Virus record (IMG/VR): IMGVR_UViG_3300047462_000311
Reading direction: 5' to 3' (one strand)
Origin: a virus
DNA length: 59,143 nucleotides
Below are positions 30,001-39,437 of this stretch, in pieces; the first letter of the stretch is position 1, and each line of letters begins with the position of its first letter. The notes below the pieces were generated by a model. It saw nothing but the letters and a program-made list of their open reading frames with translations. It was not told where the DNA came from and made no database searches. A program made the translations under genes and the position numbers.

Positions 30001-30762
30001 TTCACGATGCTGTGCCGAAGTAATAGCGGTCCAGTGATTAATAGCTGCGCTGGATTCGGACCCTCACAATTCATTTCTGGAACGAGCTTTACGGACAACA
30101 CGCCACAATTCAACTACTTTAACTCCAACACAGAACCAGCGCTGAATGCCAACGGAGCTTCCTTCGCATCAGCACAAGCCGTTTCTTTGGGAGCCTCTGG
30201 CCTTTCCAGTTATAACTTGGCACTTACTGGCGGAGGGTTTTCCAGTATTCAGTCTGGCACTTTCACGGCGAATCGCACCATAACTTGGCCGGACGCATCT
30301 GGAACACCGGCTCTGCTCGGCGTCGCGCAAACCTTCACACAGCCGCAAACATTCACATCTCTCAGCGGCACAGCCTCAAGCTTAACGATCAATTCGCTTA
30401 CGCAGGGAAGCGAAACACAAACCGCCCTTACCCACCCGCCATTTACCGTGCTTATCCCCGGAGCACTCACCGCAACATCAACAGCGGCCACATGGACTCT
30501 CGACAAAGCGATAACAGTAACGCGAGTGCAAATCCAAACAAGGGTAGCCCCATCGGGATGCAGCCAGAATGCGGTCATCCGCTTGACCGATGGGTCGGCC
30601 AATCAGGATGTGGCCATTTCTGGATCATCCAATGATTCTGGCGGCATCGCTCAAAATTATGTTTCTGGAGCTGCGCTTACGATCAGCGTGCAAACACCAG
30701 CAAGCGGATGCGCTACATCTCCAGGCGATGCGCAGGTAGTGGTCCAGTATCGGAACCAATGA
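27040..30762 (+). CDS. Tailspike/depolymerase-like protein with signal peptide and beta-helix-like core (1,240 aa)
   Basis: ATGA-coupled start. MKRLAQACFILMACAFVREPALA-QM. Pectate-lyase-3-like entry (VNLFQYGAYLG..GDFAVGHGVAV) and a long Gly/Asn/Thr-rich repetitive core. Confidence 0.65.
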   Translation: MKRLAQACFILMACAFVREPALAQMQTDSIAARGNVTAKVLANSQTVTIAGTTPNVSGGNVFLTNNSGPTTITNFTGGIDSQQIVVVCGDTNTTIQNNANIALTGGTNYACALNQGIQLAFVGGKWIQTGTATGGGGGGSSPAGNNGDVQIRNGTSLSAAHINDNGATIGISEDTNWKGPNPSVNLFQYGAYLGSTTPPTISCTTAASSANLTCSGGTGDFAVGHGVAVPMAGPAPVVTTPNAPVSIVSLSISSNVATIAMASTAGFSNGSSVVVSGASDSTLNGTYTGVNTVNAGTFTASITHANCSPCTIGGSATVVASTPALVTPVGQVGGSTTYNYKIVARDFNEGLSAASTAITTTSGWATLGVQTYSIANNGCSWNSTSGLETFTTTAAHNIPNQPDIEIFVSINGVVNLTGAFVTAGAPTATTVTVAMQGIATQTQTCPSGGTLKVVARNFVQWTPQPYQALGWLVYRSVGAGAYSLVAVLNGQDSSFYDWGYGSPVKSGAPAVYIPSTPPSSPQNGTLAALITAINGTTVTLSSAASASLTTTVLHDNSPNVMAACNSLGTGGLDIYYPGANSFMVFNSPLKLYGCSSGQMRHILGTQIVANEPIIPKSFTFFEGRALGNNSQIPPFMTRPVTNMFCGVMPCFLLTFQPTVGGPISSITLKDIAIQSSQPYVSGIYMDQDATGAGITSITLDSVYVSANKGGIALRFGGGFYFNILGGFYGITGANGGDWGYPPAIWETVNQGLGQNTQGLSYLSQMKNATIEGGEFYFDTNREQFFGNFGTGPGQWEFSNILSESNQYPILHFNTSASTFFLNGISVKDLSYADPLGNIATPLIELGDSRFNFIRFSTKGGFSVCGNGSQPIFASITTSPAVDIDGGTNCGTIGLFNYAVRSNGSFAIVGKSTFESYGVSTIGYAMGAPTISSVNTVSGSLAAGTYYYSIRGVDRNGNVTTSSPVVGPFTSNGSQALTLNFSLVPGQAFTMLCRSNSGPVINSCAGFGPSQFISGTSFTDNTPQFNYFNSNTEPALNANGASFASAQAVSLGASGLSSYNLALTGGGFSSIQSGTFTANRTITWPDASGTPALLGVAQTFTQPQTFTSLSGTASSLTINSLTQGSETQTALTHPPFTVLIPGALTATSTAATWTLDKAITVTRVQIQTRVAPSGCSQNAVIRLTDGSANQDVAISGSSNDSGGIAQNYVSGAALTISVQTPASGCATSPGDAQVVVQYRNQ

Positions 30763-30763
30763 C

Positions 30764-32665
30764 ATGAGAAAACTACTTATACTTTCATTGTTTCTTTTTT
30801 TCACCACAAGCCTCGCGGCGCAGAACAACCCGCTGGCGTCCCGGCCCTACGGCCAAGAGACCGTTGCTTTCAGCGCGACTCCGGCATTCAACTATGCGAC
30901 GAGTTACGGAAAGAAAATCGTTCTAACTGGCAATGTAACCAGTTCCACGGCCACGGGCATGGAACCTGGCATGTATCCCACCTTGGAGGTATGCCAAGAC
31001 GCGACCGGGGGCCGCACATTCGTTCCGCCAACTGGTTTCAACGGCTGGGTAGCGATTCCATCATCCGCGAATGCTTGCATTGTCGAGTTCCTTTACTACG
31101 ACGGCGTACAAGCCACTGTAGTAACAACGGCGACTGGAGGCGGAGGCGGCTCCGGCACAATCAATTCCGGCACAAGCGGAAAAATCGCTATCTACTCCGG
31201 TTCCACCACCGTCTCAAGCGATGCCAAGCTCGATGACGGCCTCACTACGGCAAATACCTTGACATATACCGATACCGGAGGAATGGCGGCAAAATCCTTC
31301 AATGCCACGGGCACAGGCGCCGCCGTAGTCAATGGCACAAATGGGGCATGCGGCGCTGGCGTTGCCGGACATTCCCTGTTATGCCTTGGAGACTCGCTCG
31401 CGCTGACAGCGAAGATCAGCCTGAATGGCGGCGCGTTTCTTTCCATACCGCAATGGTCGAATGATTCCCCGACGCCATTTGGGCCGCTTTGCGCCGATGG
31501 AACATTTCCACGCCTCATAACTGTTCCCATTGGATCCGCCGGGCAGCCCCTTCTTTCCACCGGATCCAGTTCATGTTTCGGATACGGCGCTCTTGACCTT
31601 TCAAGTTCCTCGAATGTTACCAATCGCCTTCCCAAGGCAAACATGGCCCTGACAACCGTGCATACGGATCAGACCAACACATTTACAGCAGCGGGAACCA
31701 TCGACCTAAGCGCAGCAACTTCATCGGCAGCGTTTCGTATACCGAATATCGCCGGAGCTTCCACAACTACGAATGGAACGCTGGCCTACAACACCACAAC
31801 GAACAATTTTGTCGGCGGCATGAATTCAGGAAATGCCATCATTCCCGTAACGACGATTACTCCGACAAACAACGACTGCGTAAAATGGGTGGTGACCAGC
31901 GGGAATTTCCAGCTTGGTGATGTCGGATGCGGAGGAACGGTTTCGCTCTCCAGTCTCACGGCAGCGACAACGGCAAATACCATTGCCAATGGAAACAACG
32001 GCCAAACATGGCAATGGTCCCTTACATCTACTGGAGGCGTGGGATTCAAAGTCACTGAATCCTCGGCAAGCACCGCCACGGGAACACCCTATCTGTTTCA
32101 GGTGTCCGCGCTATCGGGATCGACGGCAAATCCAGCCAGATTTGATTTCAACGGAAACGGCGTAGTAGTCAATACATCCGGGCTGCTGACTTCGATTGGC
32201 ACGGGGGCTATTGATGCAACAAAGCTTTCCGGCCAGATAAGCACGTCCAACCTGCCATCCTCCAGCAAAATGCGCACATGCGCGATTATCGTGGGTTCCG
32301 ATGGCGGCTCGGCGCTCGCGAATACGGACATTGCTCCTCTCGGAAGGCAATGTTTTGTTCCTTACGCGGCAACCGTAGTCGAAATCGAAGTGGCGGCGGA
32401 TGGCGGAACGCCGAATGTAATCGTGGCGAAAAATCACGCTGGAACACTGACCGATTTGCTCAGCAGCGCACTGGCGACAGCCGCGTCTGGCGGAATCGCG
32501 TGCTCGAACAGCGGCGGCACGGCTGGGCTTGACGGAACGACGACGTGCTCGGCGACGCTGCAAAATACATCGCTGGCCGCCGGTGATTACATCGAAACGC
32601 ACTCTGCTACCGCTGGCGGAACCGCGAAACGCATGTCCATCTTCATCACGTTCACGGTGAACTGA
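30764..32665 (+). CDS. Tail-fibre-like protein with signal peptide (633 aa)
   Basis: MRKLLILSLFLFFTTSLAA-QN. N-terminal domain, then a TATGGGGGSG linker as in the upstream gene. Thr/Ser/Gly-rich. Confidence 0.65.
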   Translation: MRKLLILSLFLFFTTSLAAQNNPLASRPYGQETVAFSATPAFNYATSYGKKIVLTGNVTSSTATGMEPGMYPTLEVCQDATGGRTFVPPTGFNGWVAIPSSANACIVEFLYYDGVQATVVTTATGGGGGSGTINSGTSGKIAIYSGSTTVSSDAKLDDGLTTANTLTYTDTGGMAAKSFNATGTGAAVVNGTNGACGAGVAGHSLLCLGDSLALTAKISLNGGAFLSIPQWSNDSPTPFGPLCADGTFPRLITVPIGSAGQPLLSTGSSSCFGYGALDLSSSSNVTNRLPKANMALTTVHTDQTNTFTAAGTIDLSAATSSAAFRIPNIAGASTTTNGTLAYNTTTNNFVGGMNSGNAIIPVTTITPTNNDCVKWVVTSGNFQLGDVGCGGTVSLSSLTAATTANTIANGNNGQTWQWSLTSTGGVGFKVTESSASTATGTPYLFQVSALSGSTANPARFDFNGNGVVVNTSGLLTSIGTGAIDATKLSGQISTSNLPSSSKMRTCAIIVGSDGGSALANTDIAPLGRQCFVPYAATVVEIEVAADGGTPNVIVAKNHAGTLTDLLSSALATAASGGIACSNSGGTAGLDGTTTCSATLQNTSLAAGDYIETHSATAGGTAKRMSIFITFTVN

Positions 32666-34123
32666 ATGATGCGAGTCGCAATTCTGTTTTTCGCGTGCGC
32701 CATTTTTCTAGGGATTGCTGGCGGCCCCGCTTCGTCGCAAACATTGCCGGGTGCGCCAACCGCGCTGTGCAACAACAGCACGACATCATCTTCGAGCACT
32801 CTTAGCTGCACGATGAATCACGCATCCGTGACGAACGAGAAAATAATCGTTTCCTGCGGCGCATTCGGCTATTCCACCGCTCCAACGATAACTGTAACGG
32901 ACAACGCTTCGGGAGGCTCGAACACCTACACGCAAGACGCGCAAGCGACGAATACAGGCGGCCCTGAGAGGGTGGCGACTTTCAGCGCGGACGTCGTGCG
33001 CGGAGGGGGAAGCACGCTCACCGTTACCTGTCATTACTCGCCAGCCTCGATTGACGTGGACATGCTCAGTGCGGAATTTGCGAATCTCGCCACGGGGGCG
33101 AAGGATTCGAGCACAACAGCAATTCCAACTGGACTTGCTCCGAATACGCTGAACCAGATTGCCACCAACACTTCGACGGCAAGGAACACACTGGCATATT
33201 CCGCCTGTGACCCGCACAAAGGGCTTTCTCCGCAAGCGGGTCCCGGCTGGACCGCATTGCAACAAACTTCCGTTGACGAGGTGACTGACCAATATCGCGT
33301 CTATCTCGAAAGCGGCTCTCAGGTTGTCGCGTTTCTCGAAGGTAACAACACGACAAATGACGACTTGGCTTGCACTTTTGCGGCCTATGCGCTTGCCGAC
33401 CAAACTGCCGTTGCTGGCGTGGCTGTTGGCAACAGTTCGGCGAGTCTTCAATTCGGCGCCGGCAGCGGTTCTACTACCTGGAGTTGGACGGATACGGTCT
33501 CCTCAAGCGGCTCCAACACTCTCGCCATCGTGGATTTGTTCATAAACGGCACGACGCCGCCATCGGCAGCACCGACGTATGGCGGAACGTCCATGACTCT
33601 CATCACTAACATTACGGACCAGACGAATCTCGAATCGCATTACGTCTACAAACTCGTGAATCCGCCAGCGGGCGCGAACACGGTAAGCGTCAGTTTTGGC
33701 AGCGCAAAAACAGGGGCCGGAATATCCACGAATTTCTTCAACGTGAATCAGTCCTCGCCGACTTCGGCGGCGCAGACGGATAACGGCAGCACGCTGAACC
33801 CGGCGAATCTGACAGTTTCCTCGGCGGCGAATCATCTGGTTTACACGAGCGTAGGCATTGCGGATAAATCCGCTTGCCCCGCATCTGGAGTTGTCGTGGA
33901 CACGAACAATCTCAATGTCGGCCAGATTCCAACTGCGGTGATTGGGCATGTAGCGGGAGCTTCCAGCGTGACCGCTGGGTGGAATCTGCTGACTACCAAC
34001 GGGATTCCGTCCTGCCCCGGAACAAACGGAACTGGAATCGAGCGCACTCACATTGCATTTGATATCGCTTCCGCCAGCGGAGTCATCCCAAGTCCCGTGC
34101 GCCACCGCGCGATTGTGTACTGA
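32666..34123 (+). CDS. Fibre/adhesin-like protein with signal peptide (485 aa)
   Basis: MMRVAILFFACAIFLGIAGGPASS-QT. Start abuts the previous stop. Beta-rich. Confidence 0.6.
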   Translation: MMRVAILFFACAIFLGIAGGPASSQTLPGAPTALCNNSTTSSSSTLSCTMNHASVTNEKIIVSCGAFGYSTAPTITVTDNASGGSNTYTQDAQATNTGGPERVATFSADVVRGGGSTLTVTCHYSPASIDVDMLSAEFANLATGAKDSSTTAIPTGLAPNTLNQIATNTSTARNTLAYSACDPHKGLSPQAGPGWTALQQTSVDEVTDQYRVYLESGSQVVAFLEGNNTTNDDLACTFAAYALADQTAVAGVAVGNSSASLQFGAGSGSTTWSWTDTVSSSGSNTLAIVDLFINGTTPPSAAPTYGGTSMTLITNITDQTNLESHYVYKLVNPPAGANTVSVSFGSAKTGAGISTNFFNVNQSSPTSAAQTDNGSTLNPANLTVSSAANHLVYTSVGIADKSACPASGVVVDTNNLNVGQIPTAVIGHVAGASSVTAGWNLLTTNGIPSCPGTNGTGIERTHIAFDIASASGVIPSPVRHRAIVY

Positions 34124-34137
34124 TGCATGGAGGTCTG

Positions 34138-37100
34138 ATGCGAAAAGCCCTGGCATTGCTGCTCTTCATATTAGTTTCTGCTTTGCCGCTGAACGCGCAA
34201 GCGCAAGTGACAGGAACCGGCACAATTTCCGGCGTTGGCCAAATTACCGTAGTGCCCCTTCCAACGGCGACCGCATCTCCTACAAGCCTAGGATTCGGAA
34301 ACGTGACACAGGGACAATCCAGTGCCTCACAGGCTGTAACGCTGCAAAATACGGGAACGACGCAGCTTACCATTGTAAGCGCGGTCACCACGTTGCCATA
34401 TAGCGCAACAACCACTTGCGGAGCAACACTGGCGGCGGGAAACTCCTGCGTCTACAATGTCGTTTTTTCTCCCACCGGTACCGGCTCTTTCCCCGGCACA
34501 CTTACAATCAATGACAACTCGACCACCACTCCGCACGTTATCTCGCTTGCCGGAAGCGGCGTGCCACCCGCCCAGCCAGGAGCTTCCCTCACTCCCGCTT
34601 CATTCAATTTTGGAAATCAAACAACCGGAACAACAAGCGCCTCGCAGCCGTTTACATTGCAAAATACGGGTGGCGCGGCCCTGTCCATTTCCAGCATTAC
34701 CGCATCAGCTTCGTTCAGCCAGACGAATAATTGCCCGGCAAGTCTGGGAGCCGGTGCAAGCTGCCTGATCAATGTGACATTCTCGCCATCGACCACTGGC
34801 CTGATTCAAGGGTCTTTGAGCGTTGTTGACAACGCGGCGGGAAGTCCGCAAAGCGCGAGCTTGAGCGGAACGGGAATCCCTCCATCATCCGGCGGCGGGG
34901 TGCCAGCAACGGCGGGATGGTTCTCGATCCCGAATACAGCATGGGCATCACTCTGTCCCAATGCTACAGGTGCGCGGCCTGATGTACAGGGAAATTCCGG
35001 CTGTGGCGCGGTAGTTGACGCCTGGGCAGGCGGCTACCTTGACACGAAGAGGCATCGTCTGTGCTTCACTGGCGGCGGCCACCACGATTACTACGGCAAT
35101 GAAATTTACTGCCTGAATCTGGACACGCTGACAATCGCTACTCAGAACGTGGCTTCAAATGCCTCAACGCTGAATACGAATACCAACTCCTACGACACCA
35201 TGCCGGATGGAACGCCGGGTGCCCGCCACACCTACGGCGGATTGGCCTACTATCCAGACATTGATTCCGCCATTTTCATGGGTGGCGGTCCGCCCAACCC
35301 TGGCGGCACAGTGTCCACCACATGGGCAATTGATCAGTCAAAGCTGAATCCCGCAACGACGATGGGTGTTCAGCCGAGCGGGGCCGCAAAAAACATGAAT
35401 CCTACGGTGAGCGGCGGCACGCTTGACGGACAATTCGGCAATTGTTCGGTATATGACCCCAACACGCAGAAAATGCTGCTCTGGGAGCCCTGGCAATCAC
35501 AGCCCGGCAATCTGTGGAACTACGACCAGTCCACGAATACATATACGCATCTTGCGACATTCGGAAGCGGCTCTGTTTTCATGGATGGCAACCAGAGTTG
35601 CGCTCTCGACCCCGTGCATGAGGTGCTCTATGCCATAGGTAACGGAAAGCTGCTGCACGTCAGCGTGGCGAGCGGCTCCAGCTTCACCGTAACGGATTCA
35701 TTTTCGCGCAGCGGATGCAATACAGCGCAGACCAGCTCCGGGTATCCCGGAGTTTCTTTTGACCAGCGCGATGGCGGCATCGTTGTTTGGAATGGCGGCA
35801 ATAGCATAACGGTGTATAGTCCGGCGTCGGACACTTGCTCCACTGAAACATATTCTGGCGGACCAACCACGAAGGGTAGCGCGGGAACTTTCGGACGCTG
35901 GCAATATGACAATGTTCTCGGCGTGCATGTGGTATGCAACGAGAACAGCGAGAACTGTTTCACGCTTCGCCGCAACGTGGACGTGGCCGCGGTGAATGGC
36001 TTCTCCAATAGGGTGGCGGGCATCAACACGCCCGGAGGATCAGCCTCTATTGTTAGCTGGCAAAACTTTGATAGCTATCCTGTAACGAACAAGCAGCAGT
36101 ATTTCCAGACCAACATCGCTTCGCAATTGACAACCGACTGGACGCAGCCGAATACGGATGGAGGAGCTCTCCATTTCGCTTTCAAAAACGGCGATTTTCA
36201 AGCGGGTCCGGGATGGTTCAACTACAACTTCTGCGCCGCGCTGAATTGCCTCTACGGACAAGGCTCCGAGTTTTACGTGCAATACAAGGAGCGTATAAGC
36301 GCCGCCGCCCTCTCCCGCTCAAGCTGGGATAGCGGATTCACCGACTGGAAGATGGCGATTCTGCGGGAGGGCGACAGCAACACGCAGCAGGCCACGAATT
36401 GTTCCAGTACGCCGACTGATATCGTGCTCGATTCCGATGCCGGACACATCGCCAGCGCGGTTATGCCGTGGGTGTACGTGAACTGCGGCAACGCTGGGAC
36501 GCTCAATTTCCTCAACTCGCCATTTCAGCCAATCCAGTACCCGCTAGCGAGCGGTGCTACAGACTTGCTTGACCAGCCTGCCTCTGGCGGTCCGCACTAT
36601 GGCAGTGGCGTGAACGGCTCAACAGTTCCGGTTACAGACCCGACTGCCTGGAATTTCACGGCCAATGAATGGTTCACAATTCAGGCCCATGTCAAGATTG
36701 GCACGTGGGATACGGCCTCATCCGTAATCGAAATGTGGGCGTGCCACCAAGCCCAGCCTTGCCGGCTGGTGACCAACGCGAGTGATGCCGCGCTGAATGA
36801 CCTTGGAGGAAGCGTAACCGACAAGTTCGGCGCAATCGTGCTCTTGCCATACGCGACGGGCGCGACGTGGCTCACGAACGTGGATTACTGGTACGACGAT
36901 CTAATCGTATCCAACCGGCGCATCCCTGATCCTGATGTTTCTACGCCGAATGCTCCTGACTCACTCTCGCTATCGGCCATCTCCAGTTCGAGCATAACGG
37001 TCAACTGGAGAGTCAACTCGAACAATGGCACAGCCCAAGACGATACGGGGTTTTTGGTGGAGCGATGCACGGGAACCGTGGCCGTGTGCATGCCCAATCC

Positions 37101-37287
37101 GCAGTCTGGCTTCACGCAGATTGGCACGACCGCCGCACACGCTTCCAGTTTTGTTGACAACACAGTGAGCGCGGGGCACACCTACACGTATCGCGTTCGC
37201 GCGAAAAACGCGAATGGAAATTCCGCATACACCGTCGCCATCTGCTTCAATGGCGGAACGACGTGCGGAGGAACGGCACAAATCTAA
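34138..37287 (+). CDS. Multidomain depolymerase-like protein with signal peptide, two choice-of-anchor-D-like Ig domains, a propeller-like region, a lectin/lyase-like domain and a C-terminal FN3 domain
   Basis: GGAGG 4 nt before ATG 34138. MRKALALLLFILVSALPLNA-QA. Two copies of F(G)NxTxGxxSAxQxxTLQNTG..L.I. FN3 segment ITVNWRV..YTYRVRAKNANGNS. Confidence 0.65.
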   Translation: MRKALALLLFILVSALPLNAQAQVTGTGTISGVGQITVVPLPTATASPTSLGFGNVTQGQSSASQAVTLQNTGTTQLTIVSAVTTLPYSATTTCGATLAAGNSCVYNVVFSPTGTGSFPGTLTINDNSTTTPHVISLAGSGVPPAQPGASLTPASFNFGNQTTGTTSASQPFTLQNTGGAALSISSITASASFSQTNNCPASLGAGASCLINVTFSPSTTGLIQGSLSVVDNAAGSPQSASLSGTGIPPSSGGGVPATAGWFSIPNTAWASLCPNATGARPDVQGNSGCGAVVDAWAGGYLDTKRHRLCFTGGGHHDYYGNEIYCLNLDTLTIATQNVASNASTLNTNTNSYDTMPDGTPGARHTYGGLAYYPDIDSAIFMGGGPPNPGGTVSTTWAIDQSKLNPATTMGVQPSGAAKNMNPTVSGGTLDGQFGNCSVYDPNTQKMLLWEPWQSQPGNLWNYDQSTNTYTHLATFGSGSVFMDGNQSCALDPVHEVLYAIGNGKLLHVSVASGSSFTVTDSFSRSGCNTAQTSSGYPGVSFDQRDGGIVVWNGGNSITVYSPASDTCSTETYSGGPTTKGSAGTFGRWQYDNVLGVHVVCNENSENCFTLRRNVDVAAVNGFSNRVAGINTPGGSASIVSWQNFDSYPVTNKQQYFQTNIASQLTTDWTQPNTDGGALHFAFKNGDFQAGPGWFNYNFCAALNCLYGQGSEFYVQYKERISAAALSRSSWDSGFTDWKMAILREGDSNTQQATNCSSTPTDIVLDSDAGHIASAVMPWVYVNCGNAGTLNFLNSPFQPIQYPLASGATDLLDQPASGGPHYGSGVNGSTVPVTDPTAWNFTANEWFTIQAHVKIGTWDTASSVIEMWACHQAQPCRLVTNASDAALNDLGGSVTDKFGAIVLLPYATGATWLTNVDYWYDDLIVSNRRIPDPDVSTPNAPDSLSLSAISSSSITVNWRVNSNNGTAQDDTGFLVERCTGTVAVCMPNPQSGFTQIGTTAAHASSFVDNTVSAGHTYTYRVRAKNANGNSAYTVAICFNGGTTCGGTAQI

Positions 37288-37301
37288 GAGGAGGAACACG
37301 C

Positions 37302-37919
37302 ATGAGGAAACACATTCTTTCCCTGCTTTTTTGCCTGGCGGGAACTGCGGCTTTCGCACAAAGTCCGCAGAACTCCAACTCGATGTCATTCACCGTGGTA
37401 GCCTTGCCGCCCGGACCAACCATTACTTCGCTCGGCGGCCTCTCTCCCACTGGAAAGATTTACGCTGGCTCTGTCATGCAAATCATCGGCAGCAATTTCA
37501 CGAGCTCATGTGCCGCCCAGGTTGATGGCACAACGCAGCCAGCAAGCTCTTTCACATACAAGTCCAGCACGGAGATTGACTACACCATTCCCGCGAGTCT
37601 TTCCGCGGCAGCCCACACGATGGTGATTTCCTGCCCGCTTCCGGCACTGACCATGAATACGCCGGTGACACTCCCAAACGCCATAGCGAGGCAGAGCTAC
37701 TCTGCCGACCTGGCATCCCTTGCGAAATTGACCGGAGGAATCCCGCCATACAAGTTCAGCCTTACGGGTGGCTCTCTTCCAACGGGGCTCGCTTTATCGT
37801 CCAACGGCATTGTCACTGGTACGCCTTCTGGTGCTGGCTCTTTTAGCTTTGGATTCACCGTTACCGATTCCTCACAGTTATCTTCCCTGCGCCGTTTTCG
37901 CATTTTTCTTCCCGTTTGA
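37302..37919 (+). CDS. Secreted IPT/TIG plus putative-Ig (He_PIG-like) domain protein (205 aa)
   Basis: AGGAGGA upstream. MRKHILSLLFCLAGTAAFA-QS. GGIPPYKFSLTGGSLPTGLALSSNGIVTGTP is the cadherin-like putative Ig motif. Confidence 0.6.
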   Translation: MRKHILSLLFCLAGTAAFAQSPQNSNSMSFTVVALPPGPTITSLGGLSPTGKIYAGSVMQIIGSNFTSSCAAQVDGTTQPASSFTYKSSTEIDYTIPASLSAAAHTMVISCPLPALTMNTPVTLPNAIARQSYSADLASLAKLTGGIPPYKFSLTGGSLPTGLALSSNGIVTGTPSGAGSFSFGFTVTDSSQLSSLRRFRIFLPV

Positions 37920-37932
37920 AAAAGGAACATTC

Positions 37933-38196
37933 ATGTGCAATGCCACTGGACCAAAGTTTTTTTTGCCTCCCGCTCAACTCGGCTCTGCCGGAGCCGCAGG
38001 AGCGCCGGTGGCTTATGCGAGTTCTCCGCAGCAAGTCTCTAACGTGAGTGGAGGGCTGCCAGCCACAGCGCCACAGCCAACGCTGCCACCAATTTCACCG
38101 CTGCCGATCCAGAACAACCCCCTTGCTGGCGGTCCGCTTTGGGGCGTGAATCCAGGGGTGATCCCGATAATTTCCAGACTTATGAGCAGTTCCTGA
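37933..38196 (+). CDS. Pro-rich small protein (87 aa)
   Basis: AAGGAA before ATG 37933. Lies immediately upstream of the lysis genes. Confidence 0.45.
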   Translation: MCNATGPKFFLPPAQLGSAGAAGAPVAYASSPQQVSNVSGGLPATAPQPTLPPISPLPIQNNPLAGGPLWGVNPGVIPIISRLMSSS

Positions 38197-38205
38197 GAGT
38201 GCCCC

Positions 38206-38493
38206 ATGTTCAATTTCCCGCCTATAACGCTGGGAGCGCTTGTGCTCCTGGCGACGCAGTTCTTTCTCTGTCTCCGCTGGATGTATCGCAGCTACAGAAA
38301 TGCCGAGATCAACCGGCGCTTCGTCAAAGACGTTGCCACAAACCACCTGCCCCATCTGTACCAGGCGATGAAGCAGATCGCAAGAGCCAGTGGCATAGAG
38401 CTGGAAGACCCTCCTCCGGTTCAGTGGATCGATTTCGACAACGGCAATGGCCATCACAAGAAATTCTCTTCCCTATGGCACCGGATGACCTGA
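38206..38493 (+). CDS. Holin-like membrane protein (95 aa)
   Basis: One N-terminal TM helix (ITLGALVLLATQFFLCL) and a charged C-terminus. Overlaps the endolysin start. Confidence 0.4.
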   Translation: MFNFPPITLGALVLLATQFFLCLRWMYRSYRNAEINRRFVKDVATNHLPHLYQAMKQIARASGIELEDPPPVQWIDFDNGNGHHKKFSSLWHRMT

Positions 38494-38945
38494 TCGCGCT
38501 TGCCAAGAGCCTTGCACCGCCGCTGGACCCGGCACTTGTGTGCGCGGTGATCGAGCAGGAGAGCGGATGGAATCAATGGCTCAATCGCTACGAACCGGAT
38601 TTCAGCGCCAACCCCCGTTACAAACCCACCATACTCATCCAATCACAAGACTTCGTGAAGCGAGCCACTTTTGAAATTTCCCTATCAACAGAAATCGTGA
38701 ACCGAGCCATGTCCTGGGGGCTGATGCAGGTTCTTGGACAGACTGCGCGAGAGAATGGATTTCTTCTGCCGATGGCCAGCCTTTGTGACGCCGAGTTTGG
38801 CATTCGCATCGGCTGCAAGATATTGCTGCGCAAAATCACCCTGAGCAACGGCGACAAAGTGGCCGGGCTACAAGCATGGAACGGAGGAGCAAACCCAAAT
38901 TACGCGGCAGAAGTAATGGCAAGAGAAGCGAGATACCAACAGTAA
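38475..38945 (+). CDS. Endolysin, lytic transglycosylase (SLT domain)
   Basis: Catalytic-Glu motif VIEQESGWN, plus SWGLMQV and AWNGG. Confidence 0.8.
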   Translation: MAPDDLIALAKSLAPPLDPALVCAVIEQESGWNQWLNRYEPDFSANPRYKPTILIQSQDFVKRATFEISLSTEIVNRAMSWGLMQVLGQTARENGFLLPMASLCDAEFGIRIGCKILLRKITLSNGDKVAGLQAWNGGANPNYAAEVMAREARYQQ

Positions 38946-38958
38946 GGGGAAGGATGCA

Positions 38959-39141
38959 ATGGCAGATGTGTTCGCAGAAGTCAAGCGCGACCTAGATGCA
39001 CGAAATGAATTGGGGACTTCGCTCTACGGAGGCCCGCTGGAGGTGATAGACAAAAGAGACTGGTTGCTAGAAGCCTATCAAGAGGCCCTCGATCTCGTGA
39101 TTTATCTGCGGGCCGAGCTCATGCGAAGAGGAGCAATATGA
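38959..39141 (+). CDS. Hypothetical protein (60 aa)
   Basis: Compact co-directional ORF with an ATGA junction to the next ORF. Confidence 0.45.
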   Translation: MADVFAEVKRDLDARNELGTSLYGGPLEVIDKRDWLLEAYQEALDLVIYLRAELMRRGAI

Positions 39142-39437
39142 AGAGTTCGTTCATTCTCGACGGCAAGCCATTCTCCAGCGTTCGCGGCGGTCCGCCGCAG
39201 ATCGTCAAGGCCAAGCAGTTCCTTGACCGTCAAAAAGATGGCCTTCTGCTGTCCGGCGCGGAGCTGGCAAAGGCGCTTGGCTTTGGACAGCGCGGATTCC
39301 TCTCAACGTGTCATACCTACAAAGATTTCCTCGATGGTTATTTCGTGAAGGTGCGTTACCCATCACCACGCACGGTATGGGGAAGCCGCAAGACGATTGC
39401 AGAATTGCGAAAACACAAGGAAATCATAATCGCATGA
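39138..39437 (+). CDS. Hypothetical protein (99 aa)
   Basis: ATGA junctions on both sides. Confidence 0.5.
   Translation: MKSSFILDGKPFSSVRGGPPQIVKAKQFLDRQKDGLLLSGAELAKALGFGQRGFLSTCHTYKDFLDGYFVKVRYPSPRTVWGSRKTIAELRKHKEIIIA

Noticed and set aside
25415-37919. Diversity-generating retroelement targeting the fibre genes
   Set aside because: No reverse-transcriptase-like ORF (no YxDD motif) occurs anywhere in the window. I found no template/variable repeat pair differing at adenines.
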